Below are positions 63,466 through 64,000 of a stretch of DNA of 64,000 bases, piece after piece. A program made the translations under genes and the position numbers. The stretch lies in contig CBDBGH010000003.1 in assembly GCA_965205265.1 (NCBI GenBank), positions 2,336,001-2,400,000 on the forward strand, read 5' to 3'. Source of the stretch: Alphaproteobacteria bacterium (GTDB lineage: Bacteria > Pseudomonadota > Alphaproteobacteria > Bin95). The notes beneath the pieces were generated by a model that saw only the letters and a program-made list of their open reading frames with translations, searched no databases and had not been told where the DNA came from. Position 1 is the first letter of the stretch. Every line of letters begins with the position of its first letter.

Positions 63466-64000
63466 TCAGCCCTCCAGAACGGAGCCAACCGTTTCGACGG
63501 CGTCCCGAACCATCGCGTCGGCAAAATGGGTGTATTTGAGCGTCGTCTCCGCTTTGCGGTGGCCGAGGAGCCGTCCGATGGCGAGAACGGTCTCGCCCTG
63601 TTTCAGGGCAAGGGTCGCATGCGAGTGGCGCAGATCGTGAAGGCGCGCATCGCGCAATTCCGCTTCCTCGCGAACCTTCAGCCAGAACCGGTAGAGCCAC
63701 TCGCCACGCCGCGGACCGCCCGAGCGCGCTGCCGGGAATATCCAGGGGCTCGTCCGTTTGAGTGAGTCGAAAATGTTCCGGGCCGGCTGCGATAGCCATA
63801 CCGTTCGGGGACCGGTCTTGCTGTCGCGGAGAAAGAGATTGCCGTCCCGGTAGTCCGACCATCGCAGAGTAAGTACCTCGCTCTTCCGGCATCCCGTGAG
63901 CAAGAGGAGCCGGATGACGGCTACCTGAAGCGGATACCGCTTGGCGCGTGCCGACAACCTCACCGACAGGCGGCGGATTTCGTCCTCGGACAGGAACCGT
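63466..64000 (-). CDS. Tyrosine recombinase (pair 2, member A), 5' end outside the window
   Basis: Paralog of 48281-49402: LRWSDYRDG.LFLRDSKTGPRTVWLS, QGETVL. Confidence 0.92.
   Translation of the reverse strand, partial: RFLSEDEIRRLSVRLSARAKRYPLQVAVIRLLLLTGCRKSEVLTLRWSDYRDGNLFLRDSKTGPRTVWLSQPARNIFDSLKRTSPWIFPAARSGGPRRGEWLYRFWLKVREEAELRDARLHDLRHSHATLALKQGETVLAIGRLLGHRKAETTLKYTHFADAMVRDAVETVGSVLEG

Overview
A high-GC bacterial window that looks alphaproteobacterial from its gene content and palindromic repeat types. A block of housekeeping/catabolic genes (about 27.2-37.8 kb: thiolase, PaaK-like CoA ligase, DUF192, putative Na+/H+ antiporter, CoxG, TauE, alpha/beta hydrolase, DUF1445, isovaleryl-CoA dehydrogenase, M20 peptidase) lies between two heavily nested mobile regions. 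Left region: two IS66 copies, one split by a 4.1-kb four-gene IS21 element with a clean 5-bp target duplication; a truncated sacsin-like GHKL ATPase; an Rpn nuclease with a probable internal small ORF; a tyrosine integrase; plasmid/ICE backbone genes (ssb, Toprim primase, DUF4326, DUF2493); a second IS21; an orphan small-terminase-like gene; an IS1634 with a 326-bp direct repeat; and a mirror-symmetric REP-like array. Right region: a probable mobilizable element (three RHH-like genes, a DUF1173-like nuclease, an 1827-aa MobF relaxase-helicase with a repeated C-terminal module, a tandem tyrosine-recombinase pair); a third IS66 containing a second IS1634; a 5'-truncated type I secretion operon; IS remnants; a pentapeptide-repeat gene; and a second recombinase pair. 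Strongest leads: (1) a stem-loop with a near-invariant 25-nt core and unrelated but perfectly paired stems inside the left ends of two divergent IS21 elements; (2) the IS21 carrying a Cys-rich gene and a degenerate primase-like gene; (3) the recurring two-recombinase cassettes; (4) a 22-nt hairpin inserted into transposase genes. All family assignments are from motif recognition by eye, with no database search.
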